Under the pieces are notes generated by a model. That model had not been told where the DNA came from and did not search any database. It saw only the letters and a list, made by a program, of their open reading frames with translations. Made by a program: the position numbers and the translations under genes. DNA of 64,000 nucleotides from Octopus vulgaris (Eukaryota), in NCBI GenBank assembly GCA_951406725.2, contig OX597822.1, positions 4,464,001-4,528,000 on the forward strand. The letters run 5' to 3'. Of the stretch, positions 14,743 to 29,700 are shown piece by piece. Every line of letters starts with the position of its first letter. Position 1 is the first letter of the stretch.

Positions 14743-17700
14743 CTGAACAGTATTAAATCCAATTTTTTAGGTTAGTTTTGCAAATTTAGATATTTGCCAT
14801 TACTTTCTTAACTACCATCATTATTATTTCTATGTCTATTTTCCAATGCTGCACAAGGTTGGACAGGCCCACAATATTCAGCCGTAGCACCCTGTCAGTC
14901 CTCTTAGACCTACGTCATCTAGTCTTTGAGACCCAATATCCTGAAAACTGACATTCCACACTGATCACGTAAGAATGATATAGTTAATCTAATCCTTTAG
15001 CATTCAGATTACTCTGTCAAATGCAATACATATTTATTCATATTGTTTTGAATTAATCATGCTTTATCTTGTAGCTTTGAAATTTTGAAGATGTGATTGT
15101 TTATTTTTAGAATGACATTGTAGGGTAGATGTGAGAGGCTAGATCAGGCTGGTATATTCATAAAACTGATAGAATATGGATGAGGGTTGATGACAGAATT
15201 CAGCCTAATTTTTGTCTGGCCCATACACTCATAGAAAAATGGCCATTAAGATGAGACGGTGGTGGTGGAAGTGTATTTTCATATGTAAAAAGAAATATTT
15301 AAAAAAATACTTAATTCTAAAGGCCTGGGAATAATGGTAATTTGCTGTACTTGAGAAGACAAGTAAGATCACTGCCATACATACAGGCTTATCCTTTACA
15401 GGTGCTGGTGCCAGATAAAAAGAACCCAGCACACTCTGTAAAGTGGTTGGCATTAGGAAGGGCATCCAGCTGTAGAAACCATGCCATGAGAGACAATTGG
15501 AGTTTGGATAGCTCTCTAGCTGGCCAGCTCCTATCAAACCGTCCAACCCATACCAGCATGGAAAACAGACAGATGATGATAGAAGCTCTTAACCCTTTCA
15601 TTACTATATTTCTGACCAAAATACACCCCTTATGAGTTTCAATTAAATTCTAAAATAATCATGAATTTAGGCTTGTTTCATTAAATAACTGTAACTTTTT
15701 TACTTATCAACATATTAATGTGATATTTGGAACATGATTAAAGAAAGGGTTCTTAATCAATTCTATTGCATAACTTTTGTCTCAAAGTGACTTTAATTAC
15801 AGGTAAATCTAGGTAAATTGAGCAAAAGGTAAAAATATTAAAATTTTGTTTAAGTGAAATATTTCAACATCTTTGTGTTTTGAGGTGCAACAAAGAGAGT
15901 AAACAAATTTCACAATTTTTAAGTTGGATGAAAATTAATAAATTTCAGAAGTCTAAGATTCATTAACCAAAAAATGTTGTTATGCATTCAATCTTTCACA
16001 TACTTCAATGATGACCTCCTCCAAGTCTTCTCAGGGTCTGTCTTACCTCTGACTGAAAGCCCTTACAATTTTACAATATTTTTTACCATTCAACAATCAC
16101 TTTTCATTCTCATCTCAAACATATTGCAACAACTGAAAAGAAAAATCTTATAATAAATATATGTATTTATATATATTACCGAAGAAGCCTTATTTCATGA
16201 ATAATTTTGTGGTTCGCAAGATCTCGTTCCTGATGCTTTGGTCCTGCACGGCTATTGTATGCTTGCCATACATTCCAACGAAGTGTCCGGTTGTGGCAGT
16301 GCTCCAGGAATGCTTGGTATACCTGACTCTGAAGTGTGACTTGCCATGGTCCGACTTTGGGTTGTTGTCTGGTAATGGAAATACAGTTTCATTTTTAAAC
16401 ATAAAATTATTACAAGGACACTTAATGGTTTCTTTAGACCAAACAGCAGTCCAACAATTTTTGAGAAAGGAATATAGTTTACAATCAGCTGGTCTGGTAC
16501 TGTAATATATTACTGAAACAGTTTTGGTACTTAATTTAGGCCTTTGGACTGAAGAAAAACTAAATTAGTTTCAATGGAAATTTGAACTCAGAACATAGAG
16601 GGATTAGACTAAATATTGGAAGGCTTTTAGCCTGGAGATGAAAATTTTCTGAAAACATATCAGCCTTTCTAAAAATATTACCATAATTGTGTCTGTTCTA
16701 AATAATTATTTGTAAATTAAAGAACAATAAAGTGACTAGAACACCTGATTCTCCAACTGGAGGAACCGCATCTTGACTTTGTTCAGTAACATCTATTTGG
16801 TGTTGGAATTTCATTTTGAAGATTTGCTTTAGTCACTCCACTAGTCTTAAGGGTTGATCAGCGTGTTTTTAGGCATCTCATCAAAATGTAGATAGCCAAA
16901 ACAAACACCACAAGGTACCTAGTCTGACATTCAGACAGTTCTGCCAATACACCACTCTGGATTGATGATAACTATTTTTTATCCTCTCAAAAGGATGAAA
17001 GGCAAAGTTGAGTGTAACAGGATTTGAATGAAAAAGTTCATGAAATTAACAAGAGTTAAAGTGATGCGATAAGCTTTATGTAAAAATTGAAAGAAAAAGA
17101 ATATTTAAAACATAGAAAAATGTGAGTAGACATGGATGTGCAGTAAAGAAGTTCATTTCCATACACAACAGTTCTAGGTTTGGATCTTTTCAGTTTGAAC
17201 GGCAGTTTTTAATATAATTTCCACATAACTAAACACTTTTAAACTTCGTATGCTGGCAGAATGTGTTTATAAAACATCTTTTTCTCTTGGCTTTATTGAG
17301 AAAATTCTATTGTTTGTAAGATATTTGTTGTTTTTTTCTTCAATTTCTGCAATTTCAACCAATCACTGACGTCCATTGAGGTAAACAACATTCTGTGCCA
17401 TATGAATATGTCCCTCGTTTAAGAAACAGATTGGGTTTATTTAACATTTCTGAAGAAAAAAAGATACCCTTCCCCCCTACCCCTAACCCTAAAACAGATT
17501 GAAATGCAATAGATCGATACTAGGGTCATAATTATGGGTGACAATTTCATATGACACTGCTAGAAAAAACTGCCGGTCAAACCGAAAAGATCCCTAGGTT
17601 TGATCCCCTGGACATGTGTCTGCCATCAAAGCCTCAGGTAACCAATGCCTTGTGAGGGAAATTTGTCAGAAAGAAATTATGCTGAAGCCTGTGTATACAC

Positions 17701-20700
17701 ACACATATCACATTAAGTTCTCTACATAGTTCATGGTCTGCTGTATTCTCACCAAGCAACACTAAAACTAATTGATGAAGGCCTAATCAATCAGATTCAG
17801 GCTTTAATTAGTAAAAGTCAAATAATAAAAGAGATCTTATTAGTTTCAAATCAATATTGAGCATCTAAACAGTATCAGTTCAGATCATATTATATATATA
17901 TATATTAGAAGTATTTGGCAAGAAATCATTGTATTTAGCTGTTGTTGCTTAGCATCAAGCCAGCTTTGATTACAGAGATCTATGGCAGGTAATCAAACAG
18001 CTAGTCCTAAGCAATAATTCTGTTATTCTAAATAAACCATACCACCATCTAGTAGAGAACCATACTCTGACATGCAGTGGTTTGCTGTATAGGCTGCAGT
18101 TTGGCAGTACAGACATGCTATATTTAACCCCACAACACTCCAGTCTGTTTTAATATGTCCACACAGTCTATGGTGGTGGCCACAGTGGCAGAGAGTGACG
18201 TAGACTTGGTCAGAATTCTCTGTACTTATCAGTAATAAAATACACCACAAGGCAGTACCTAAAATATTAACTAGTGGTCATTCATTACAGTTCAGCTTTA
18301 CTTACTACAGAGAATTTTGCACACATCAGCCAAACAGACTTGAGCTCATCTTATACATTTTCACTGTCTTAGATAGAGGTTGCATTGTACATTTTGGCTT
18401 TGGTAACCAGAAGCCATATTGTACATCATCATCATCATCATTTAACATCTGTTTTCCATACTAGCATGGCTTAGATGGTTTGACAGGAGCTGGCCAGCTG
18501 ATGGGCTGCCTGGATTCCATGTCAGTTTTAACATGGGTTTCTATGGCTGGATGCCCTTCCCAATGTCAACCACTTTACAGAGTGTACTGGGTGCTTGTAC
18601 GTGGCACCAGCAGAGGTACTTTTATGTAGTACTGGCATGGGTGCTTCTTACATCTATGTAATGTTGGAACCCTTACATTTTCACTATACTAAATCAAAAA
18701 TCAAATTCGATGACTGGTGTGCGTGCAAAGAGCACCATACGAGTGTGATCATTGACAGAGCGGCAAACCGGCTTCAGTGTCAGTGGCACTTAAAGGGCAC
18801 CATTCGAGTGTGATCGTTGCCAGAGCAGCTATCTGGCCTCCATGCCGGTGGCACATAAAAGACACCATTCGAGCGTAATCATTATCAGCATCGCCTTACT
18901 GGCACCTGTGCCAGTGGCATGTGTAAAAGATTCGAGCGAGGTCATTGCCAGTACCGCCTAACTGGCCCCGTGCCGGTGACACGTAAACGCACCCACTACA
19001 CTCTTGGAGTGGTTGGCGTTAGGAAGGGCATCCAGCTGTAGAAACTCTGCCAGATCAAGATTGAAGCCTGGTGCAGCCATCTGGTTCGCCAGCCCTCAGT
19101 CATTCGTCCAACCCATGATAGCATGGAAAGCGGACGTTAAACAATGATGATGATGATGATAAACCAAAGCCACACTGCTCGTTTTGGTTATATTTACATG
19201 GTGAACTCAGAGCATTTTCTCATGCCAGCAGCATATAAGTACACCCACACAATGAGCACCTGCATAGTTTCTGTGAGTTTCACTTACAAGATATTAGTTA
19301 ATCTGAGGATATAGTACAAGACACACAATGTACCGTCAGTGAGATTGAACCCAGTACCACATGGTTTCAAAGTGAACTTCTTCACCACATAATAGTTGCT
19401 TGCACCTGTGGAAAGGTGATGTCTAGTTTTGAAAGAATGAGTATGTAGCTGTAGAATTTACAAAATTAGCCAAAAGTTTCCAAACCAAAGAAATTCAACT
19501 TACTTGTCAGCAGCCATCATGGATATTATAGCAGGGGACATATTTTTGACAAAAGAGTAATCAGTGACCCACTGAGAAAACATATTCTGGCACACCATCA
19601 CTTTGCTCCTGGACAAATTGAAAACGAAATATATAATAATAATACCTTAATAAAGGATTGTTTAAAAATGTGTTTTTTTAAGTAAAGATGGTAGGCATTA
19701 CCCATGAATTTTTACAGGACCCCTGAAATAGGCGAGAGAGAGGAAGGTATCTTTACACTGGCATGGCGGCGAGTTGGCAGAAACGTTAGCACGCCAGGCG
19801 AAATGCCTAGCGGTATTTCGTCTGTCATTACGTTCTGAGTTCAAATTCCGCCGAGGTTGACTTTGCCTTTCATCCTTTCGGGGTCGATTGAATAAGTACC
19901 AGTTACGCACTGGGGTCGATCTAATCAACTTAATCCGTTTGTCTGTCTTTGTTTGTCCTCTCTGTGTGTAGCCCTTTGTGGGCAGTAAAGAAATAGATAT
20001 CTTTACACTGGAGACTTGGTATGAGTTTGTTTTTTTTCTACAATAGGTATAAGGCTGGAAATTTGGGGGGCAGAGACAAGTTGATTATACTGAAGCCCCA
20101 CCCCCACCAACTGCTCAAAATTGACACTTTATTTTATTGACTTTGAAAGGATGAAAGGCAAAGATAACCCTGCTAGAATTTGAACTCAGAACATAAAGTC
20201 AGAAGAGACGCTGCTAAGCATTTTATCCGGCATAAATTCTTGCAACAGAATGGTCTCCACTAAACGCACCCAAGATGCCAGGTATTGTTATTAAACAAGG
20301 CAATGGATCAAAGCCTACCACTCACGTGAGCCATGGTGGAATTTGAACTAAGAAAGCAAAATTTCAGAACAAATACAACAAGGTATCTGATCCAAAGTTT
20401 TTTAAGTTCAACCAATCCATCACTCTTGGTACACTTTTTAACAACCCCATAACAATGAAAAGCAAATATGATTTGGGTGGGATTTGAACACAGAATGCAG
20501 AGAGAAAGAACAAAACCTTTAAGATATTGCATCTGATGCTATCTGAGATATTGTATCTATTCAATTGATTATTTTAATGCATATAAGACTCTTCTCTATT
20601 TATGTTCTCTGGCTTAAAATTTATTCTGTCATACAAAAATAAATTCTATTGTTTCAAAGATCCTATGGACCTCAATTATGAACCACCAATTTAAAAGTAA

Positions 20701-23700
20701 GCAAGTCATAAGTAGTACAGAGTGTGTTCAGTATTATACTAAGGTAAATTTGAATACCAATTATAATGTAAATACAAGCAAACTTTTTAAGTTATCATCC
20801 TTCGTATAATAATGAAACTTTAAAGGACATTGGTTTTAATTTGAAGATGGAAAATTAAACAAGAGTGGTTTCATGTATGTTAATAACATAGAAATATGGA
20901 TTTTGGGTTGAAATCAAAGGAATTAAAGAGAAATGAAAGGTTTGCAAGCAACATTCTCAAGGATCAGTTGTGTGCCACTAACTACCAGCTTCAGTTACGG
21001 TTAATTCCTACAAAGAAGGCCAAATATACTTTAAAATATGTAATTTCTTGTTTGTATGCATTTAGAATAGGGCAAAGACATCTTCAGACATCTCACTGGA
21101 TTTAACTTTATTGCACTTTAGGCAGGTGTCTTCTGCTATAGCCCTGGGCCGACCGAAGCTTTGTGATTGAATTTGGTAGGCGGAAGTTACTGCCGTGTGT
21201 GTATGTGTGCGTGTAGGTGCTCAGTGCCTCTCCGAAAGAGAGAGAGAGAGTATTATGATAGCTGAAGGTTAAGAAATACAGTTGAAGGACATCATCATCA
21301 TCATCATTTAACATCAGGTTTTCATGCTTGCGCAGGCTGGACAGTTTGGCAGGAACTGATAAGATAGTGGATTGTAGACTGACCACCATGAGAGAGAAGG
21401 AAGAGATTAGGGACAGGATTATTGAGAAAAGCAGGAGGATAGAGTGGGTAGTGTGGAGGGGTCTAGGGCTATCCTATATTATAAGGACAAGTATATAAAG
21501 ATGTGGGGGAAAGGGGACATGCAGGGAACAGTAAACTAGGATAGAGGAATCATTAGAGACTCAGCAAAGGTGAGAGAGGTGTAGGGGCCATGGGAGAAAA
21601 ATAAGAAGGGCCATTAAGGAGGCACAGAAGCTGTGGGGAGAGGACGGGAGGTAGAGGCAGAACAAAGAAACTTGTTTGGCAACTGTGATGAGTATATTTT
21701 ACCTAAATGTATTCCTTTCACGTGTTAGTTTGCGTAAGATATCAATAAACTTTTTCCGGCTGGACCCACTGATCTCAATGCCATTTAAGTGGCCTTCTAA
21801 TAGATAAAGATTAAGTAACTGCTGCTGGTAGGTATCCAATTTAGATCGGTCTGCATTCACTTCCTGAAAACAAGAGAAGAAAATAGTAAATAAATACATA
21901 AATACTTTAACCCTTTAGCATTTAATCCGGCCCAAATATTCCACCTGTTTTATGTTAAAACTGTCTGGATCCAACTTCTCACACCTACCCTACAATGTCA
22001 TTTTTAAAATATAAAGCCACACCATTTAAATTTTAAAGTTGCAAAATAATATGTGATTAATTCAAAACAGTATGAATTAAATAAGCAATAAATTTCACAA
22101 AGAAATCTGAATCCCAAAGGGTTAAGCCAGTCATATCCGGCCAAAATATTTTATTTGTTTTATGTTCAAACTGGCCAAAAACACCCTCTTACGCCTACCC
22201 TAAATTGTCAAACTAAAAGTAAATAAACCCATAAACAAAATCACAAAGCTACAAGATAATATAGGATTAATTCAAAATAAGGTGAATAAATAAGCTTTAT
22301 GTTTGACAAACTAATCTGAGTGCTGAAGGATTAACCCTTTAGCATTTAAACCGGCCATATCCGGCCAAAAGTATTCTGCCTGTTTTATGTTCAAACTGGC
22401 CAGATCTGGTCTCTCACACCAACCCTACAATATCGTTCTAAAAATTAACAGCTTCCTCATCAAAATCTCATAGCTACAAGATAATGCATGATTAGTTCAA
22501 AACAATGTGGATAAAAAAGGGTTAGTTTTGGCAGAATAATGTGAACACTAAAGGGTTAAAGGAGATAAATGAATAGTTGTGTGATTTAGGAATTCCCTTT
22601 TTTCTGTTTTTATTTTTTAGACTTGCAGGGCCCATAACCTTTACAGGAGCTCTGGAACTGGTGAACTTGCTCTTGTTAATGCTCTGCTTAAACAGTTGCA
22701 AATCAACACCCTCTAAAGGAAAGACACAAGTAGGGAGCAGATTCCAGAGGGTCAAAGTTCTGGGAAGAAAGGACTGGACATAATTGTTAGTAAGGGTCCT
22801 GAAGACAGTGGGTGTTGGACACAACTGCATGGTTCCCACAATGTGGAACCCTGAAAATGTCTTTCTAGCCCAAGCTTGGGTTGCCCAAGCCTTGTGAGTA
22901 AAATTAGGTGGATGGAAACTGTGTGGAAGCTTGTTAGATGGAAGGTACATGTTTTATGGTTCAGGTGGGAGGGCAACGCACCATTTCAGTGCATTGCTGC
23001 ATTCACCATTTGTTGGTATATTCACCTCTCAGGCAACCCTTTGAACCGAGTCCCAGTCAGTCCCCATTTCCATGAGATGCCTCCACATCTGCTGTGACCA
23101 TATGGCATATGGTCAATTAACACAAGCCATTAACCCAGTCAGATTCTAAATGAAGAGAACATGATAAGCAGAGTCTCACTTGAAAAATCAAGCAATATGG
23201 CCAAATAGTCTGAGATAGCACTCCTGAATCATACAAGTAACAGGACACAACCCCAGTTTCAGAGTACAGTCATTGATTGAATACAAAATCTGACCAATAT
23301 CTGACCCATAATCCTGCAAAGTGTTCTAGTAGTAAAGGAATTCAGACAGCTCCTAAGGACCCCAGACAGAGGCCAAGTCGTGTAAGTATAGAGCAGAACA
23401 AGGAGGACCAGAGACCTAAACACTCAAACTGTTGTCCTCCTATCATTGTCCAACAAGTCCATAACTGCACCAGCTCATCCATGTCCTTTTAGGACTGTAG
23501 ACTCACAGCTAATACTGCTATAAATCTCGTGAAGCAGTCAAAAACTTTGACATCCTCACCTACAACAGAGACAGGCAAAGTGGAGTTCTCCAAGAAGCCA
23601 AAAAAGACTGAATTCTTGTCTTGATGCAAGAAACCCCAAGACCAAGTGGTTCTGCTTCCTCACTCAGGGAGTGGGTATCCTTAGTCTATCATTCAGTTTA

Positions 23701-26700
23701 ACACCACTACCTGACATTTAAGTACCTCCTATGAAATCTATTCGTGGTAAAAATGAGGACAAAATCACCAGTCTAAGAATAACAAGACATAGTTTCTTCC
23801 TTTCTTTTATTTCACCAGTCTTTAAGGCCCCTGCAAAGAAGGCCACTGGAGCAGACCTTACTCCTCTAACCAAACCATAAAAAATAAACATTTTTTCTAC
23901 CCATATGTATTCATTCATTTATTTCTATGTCTGCTCTTTTTTCTTTTCTTCCTTGCATAGTATGGACAAATACTATTTTTTTCTGCCATTAAATATATAT
24001 TTCTGTGCATTTACTTAGAGATTCATTCACTATCACTTTAGAAAGCTATAGTGTAGTTATACTTTACTAAGGAACTTCAAATAATGAAGGCATGACCACA
24101 GTTGTTTCCTGTACTTTACTGGGCAAATGGAAAAAAATATATCAGTTATTAATATTGTTTTATTTTTAACATTGTATATTTAAAGCGTATGGCTCAGTGG
24201 TTAAAACATCGAGCTTACGATCGTTAGGTTGTGAGCTTGAATCCCGGACCGGGCTGCATGTTGTGTTCTTGAGCAAAACACTTTATTTCACGTTGCTCCA
24301 GTTCACTCATCTGTAGAAATGAGTTGGTACGTCAAGCTGTATCGGCCCCCTTTGCCTTTCCCTTGGATAACATCGGTGGCGTGGAGAGGGGAGGCTGGTA
24401 TTATGGGCGACCGCTGGTCTTCTATAAACAACCTTGCCCGGACTTGTGTCTAGGAGGGTAACTTTCTAGGTGCAATCCCATGGTCAGTGTCATGACCAAA
24501 GGGGGTCTCAGATATTTAAAGCTTATAGTGTAGTGGTGTACAGACATAAGATTATAGTGATGTAGAGCTGTGAGAGTAATTTAGTCTCTTAAGAGTTACT
24601 GTTATCTCACCCAGAGAAGTGATACAAATGTGCTATGAGAGAGAGAGAGAGAGAGAGAGATACTAAGTAACATGTAGAGGGCATAGAGAAAATGAGGTTT
24701 TCATAGATTGAAGCCCTTGAATAAACAGTATGGTAAAATCTTCATAGCTGAGTGGTTAGGAATAAATTAACAAGAGAAACTATCTGAGCAATGTAGTTAA
24801 AGGTTTGTATAAGAGCTGAAATTAATAGGAAAATATCATTAAGAGTATAAACAGCCAGAGTGTAGCTATCAAAAGATCTATTCAACCCTGTTTCTTTACG
24901 GGACACACACACTGTCTTTAATATTTGGAGAAGTGTAGAAACAAATAGATATTTAGTGATTGTGTAACAACTTACCTTTACTGCATTATACAACGGTTCA
25001 CTTATCCACCTCTCGTTCTTAGCTTGATCCACTTGTGAATGAATCTAAAAGGTAAAAGATAGAATTTAAATAGGCATACAACAGGTGATAATTTAACAGT
25101 TGTACAGCCACAGGTATGACTGTATTGTTAAGAAGATTCTCAACCATATGAGTTCAGGTACAGTCCCACTGGGAAGTATCTTAAGCAAATGTCTGCTACA
25201 ATAGCTTAAGATCAAGCAAAGCTTTGAAAGGTAGAGTTGACCTCAGGATTTACACTCACAGCATAAAGAAACAGAAATAAATACTGCAAGGGATAATAAT
25301 AAAAATAAGAATAATGGTTATTGTTATTCCATAACTGAAGATGGTGGATTAGTAGACTTGTCAGACAAAATGCCCTGCAGTTCTTTACTTTCTGGGTTCA
25401 AATCCTGCCAACTTCAACTTTGCCTTTCATCCTTTCAGCTCAGTAAAATAAGAAAAGTTAAAGACTAGATTTGGTGGACAGAAACTGAAAGAAGCTCATT
25501 GTATGTATGCGTGTGTGTTTTGCGTCTTTGCCTATCATAAGACACTTGTAAATGAGTGTCACTCTCTTACAAGCAGTGTCCATTTTCAATCCACAAAAAC
25601 ATGTCAGGCCATGAAGAAATACCACCTTGTTTGGAAACAGGTGAAGGTTGGCAAAAAGGAGGGTATCTGGCTGAAGAAAACCTATCTCGATGCAAGCAGG
25701 GGAAATTAGTAATTTAAACAATGATGATAATGATGACTATTGTTAACTCCATGGTAACGCCAAGGAAATAAACAAGTGTTACAAAAGTAAACCCTTCAGT
25801 TGAGAATCTGAATTTGTATCTAATGTTTGTGTTCAATAAAAATGGTCAATTTTTGTTTTTATGCTCTGAGCTTTGACTGAGCAGAAGACCTATGGCCAAA
25901 AGCATTCCCATCATCATCATCTTATCTTTTAATTCAAAAAGTGTATCTAGGATTCCATTACTTAATAAAAAAAATCAACAGGATGTTAATATTACTATTA
26001 TCATTGTTAAAGCAGTAAGTTGGCAGAATTGTTTGCATGCTAGGTGAAATGTTTAGTGGCATTGCATCCATCTTCATGATCCGAGTTCAAATTCTGCTGA
26101 GATCAACTTTGCTTTTCATCCTTTCAGGGTCAATAAAATAAGTACCAGTTGAATACTGGGTTTGATGCAACCAACTTACCTGCTGAAATTGCTGGGCTTG
26201 TGGCAAAATTTGAAATCAATATTATAATCATTATTATTTCGATAGCTGAGGAATAGAAACATTTAATTTCAGAATTCAAATCCCACAGGAGTTGAATTTG
26301 CTTTTCATATCTATTACACAGCAATAATATGATTAGAATTGATTCAATTGGTCTTACACCCGTCCAGATTTGTGGTAAGTAACAATACAAAAAGGGCAGC
26401 AGATTGGCAGAATTATTAAAGCATCAGGCAAAATGCCTTGTGGTATTTAATGGTCTATCTTTATGCACTGAGGTGAATTTTGCCTTTCATCCTTCACGGG
26501 TCAATAAAATAAGGCTGAGACAAATCTTTTATAAAATGCCAGACACTATAGTACCACCCACATATCTCAGAAAGAACACCAAGTTACAATATGTAAAAAT
26601 TCCACAAGGAATACAAAAGAAAAAAGAGCTGTTTGATAGCCAAAGAGAGAGTACAACCAGATAGAAATAACTGCTAAATTTCCCTCAAATCATATCCTCC

Positions 26701-29700
26701 CAATTAAAAAAAAAAAGGAATGATGTAACAAATGCTATAATCCTAAATACAACAATATACTTGAAAACAGACAGGATGGTCACACTTGGAATGCCATTGA
26801 ACAATGGTCTGTTTAATCAGGCTTGACTTGGAGCTGACAATGAAAGCAATACATTCATTCTAGAATGTACACAAAGAAGAAAAAGTCTATCTATCTGTTT
26901 GGTAGCCAAGAGTTCACTGACCTCTTAAAACTGACTTCCATGACTCATCGGCTGTTACAAAAATAATCAGTTGGAAGAGAAAGAGAGAGAGAGAGAAATA
27001 GACAGACAAATAATGCAAAGAAATCATATATCTACTTACTCTCTGGAAAGACTCCCTGAATTTTTCATTCCCTTTTATGTAGCTGAGATGTTTCGCAAGG
27101 CGCCAAGCATAGTTTAATGGAACTGAGATTTCCTCAATAGGATTGAAAACATTCTCAAATGTTTTCTCCATCTGAGGATCTAAAGAACAAAGAAACAAAA
27201 CAAAATCAACATTATTTTCTACTCTAGGCACAAGGCCTGAAATTTTGGGGTAGTCACTTAGATTGACCCCAGTCAATTAGATGAAAGGCAAAGTCGACCT
27301 CAGCAGAATTTGAACTGAGAACATAAAGACAGACAAAATACTGCTAAGCATACGGTGGTGAGCTGATAGAATTGTTAGTATGCCAGGTGAAATGCTTAGT
27401 GGTATTTTGTCTGCTGCTATGTTCTGAGTTCAAATTTCACCGAGGTTGACTTTGCCTTTCATCCTTTCGGGGTCAATTAAATAAGTACCAGTTATGCACT
27501 GGAGATCAATGTAATCGACTAAATCCTTTTGTCTGTCCTTGTTTGTCCCCTCTATGTTTAGCCCCTTGTGGGCAATTAAGAAATAAATAGAGCTAATATT
27601 TCTGTCAGCTCGCCACCTAAAAACAATCAATATTACACCATCGTCATCGTTTAACGGCCGCTTTCCATGCTAGCATGGGTTGGACGGTTCAACTGGGGTC
27701 TGGGAAGCCTGAAGGCTGCACCAGGCCAGTCAGATCTGGCAGTGTTTCTACAGCTGGATGTCCTTCCTAACGCCAACCACTCCGTGAGTGTAGTGGGTGA
27801 TTTTATGTGCCACCGACACAGGTGCCAGATGAGGGTGGCAGACGGCCACGCTCGGATGGTGTTTTTTATGTGCCACCGACACAGGTGCCAGACGAGGCTG
27901 GCAGACGGCCATGCTCGGATGGTATTTTTTATGTGCCACCGACACAGGTGTCAGATGAGGCTGGCGAATGGCCACGCTCGGATGGTGTTTTTTACGTGCC
28001 ACCGGCATGGAGGCCAGGAGAGGCTGGCACGGCCACAATTGGATGGTGTTTGTTACGTGCCCACAGCACGGAGGCCAGTCGATGCGGTACTGGCTACGGC
28101 CAAACAAAACAATCAATATTAGCAATACTTTGATGATGTGTCTGCTTCAGAATTTGAACCAAACATAGATCACTGCCTTAAAAGAAAATGGAAAGATACA
28201 TTGGATCAATTTTCATCACTTTTCCTTGTTTTCTTCTTTTGCAGCTTCTTTTCATTTGGGTCACCTGCTCCCTCTTTACACATACCTGTAGTTGCACAGT
28301 TTTCTCTCCTGTACATGACATTTGATTCCCTTTGCACCCAGTTTTTCTCTCGGTTCATTTGCACCATGTTATTCAAACATTACACATCCAACAGAACATA
28401 TTTGTTTCATTTCTTCCCAATATTTACTCATCCTACCTATTCAATACCAATGTTTGGTACCATGCAGCATCACAGTTTGTATACATACATCTTACCATCT
28501 TCTTTTCACTAAGAGAGAGAGAGAATCTCACTTTTGTTTGCAGAAGTAACAATTTCCTGAACACTTTTTTCACTCGGATAACTATGCTTTTTCAACATCT
28601 TCCTCAACCACTAATTAAGCCATTCAATTCTCAAATACTTCTAACGAGTCTCAAGATCATTTGAAAGAATTTATTTTATGAGTACTCTAACTGCTATTAG
28701 TCCTGCTAGTCTGCTATACATAGAGACCTCCTGTCAACCTGCATATGATCCTAATGCACCTGTTGTACACCTACACACTGAGTATACCACAAGGCATTCC
28801 TAACAACTCATTTTCTCCATGTTAAACATCGACAGCAGAGTTTTGTCTTCTTTCCTACAAACTAAAATTAACAAAAGGAGAAAGTGCAGTGTCCATGCCA
28901 CTTTACAGGGTCTTTGAAATTATTAGAAGGAAATCAACCTCAGACCAGAGACCTGGCCCAAAAACCTGCAATAGAATGAACTTACCTAAAGGTATTCAAA
29001 GGTTAGGTGTTGGTATTAACCCTCTTTGCCTATTTAAAAATTTGCTGGCATGTTCAGAAATTTTTTCTATAATTCTTACAAAGATTCAACAATGATATCA
29101 GCATACAAAGGTTCTCATGAATTTCAACTTTTAAACTCCTCTGTCTTAGCCTGAAGAACTACAATAAACAGAAGTGGGCTAAGAACCTAACCCTGAGAGA
29201 GATCTTCCTACATGCTGAATTCCTCGCCAAACTCCTTGCTAATTCTCATCTTGATAACACCATCCAAACGGCCACAGACGGATGGTGTAAAAAGCACCAT
29301 CCGTCCGTGGCCGTTTGCCAGCTCCGTCTGGCACCTGTGCGGGTGGCACGTAAAAAGCACCCACTACACTCTCAGAGTGGTTGGCGTTAGGAAGGGCATC
29401 CAGCCGTAGAAACACTGCCAGATCAGACTGGGCCTGATGCAGCCTTCTGGCTTCACAGACCCCAGTTGAACCATCCAACCCATGCTAGCATGGAAAGCGG
29501 ACGCTAAATGATGATGATGATGATGATAACAGTATTTTTGTACATAGCTTGCATGGTGCTCATGAGCCATTCTTCAACAACATCTTTTTTTGTTTTGTCT
29601 TAGTGACTACCACTACAGAGCATGTCACTCCGCCAAATGCCTTCTCCAGGCCAATAAATGCTGAAAATAGTGGTCTGTTCTTTGCTAAGAACTTCTTGAA

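Noticed and set aside
16161-16505. Track ORFs overlapping exon 7
   Set aside because: Wrong strand or frame; the real exon frame gives the OpdA-like GPWQVTL sequence.
27800-28100. Repeat-spacer-like arrays of tgccaccggcac modules
   Set aside because: They are part of a dispersed RTE LINE 3'UTR and the linkers are homologous to each other, so this is not CRISPR.
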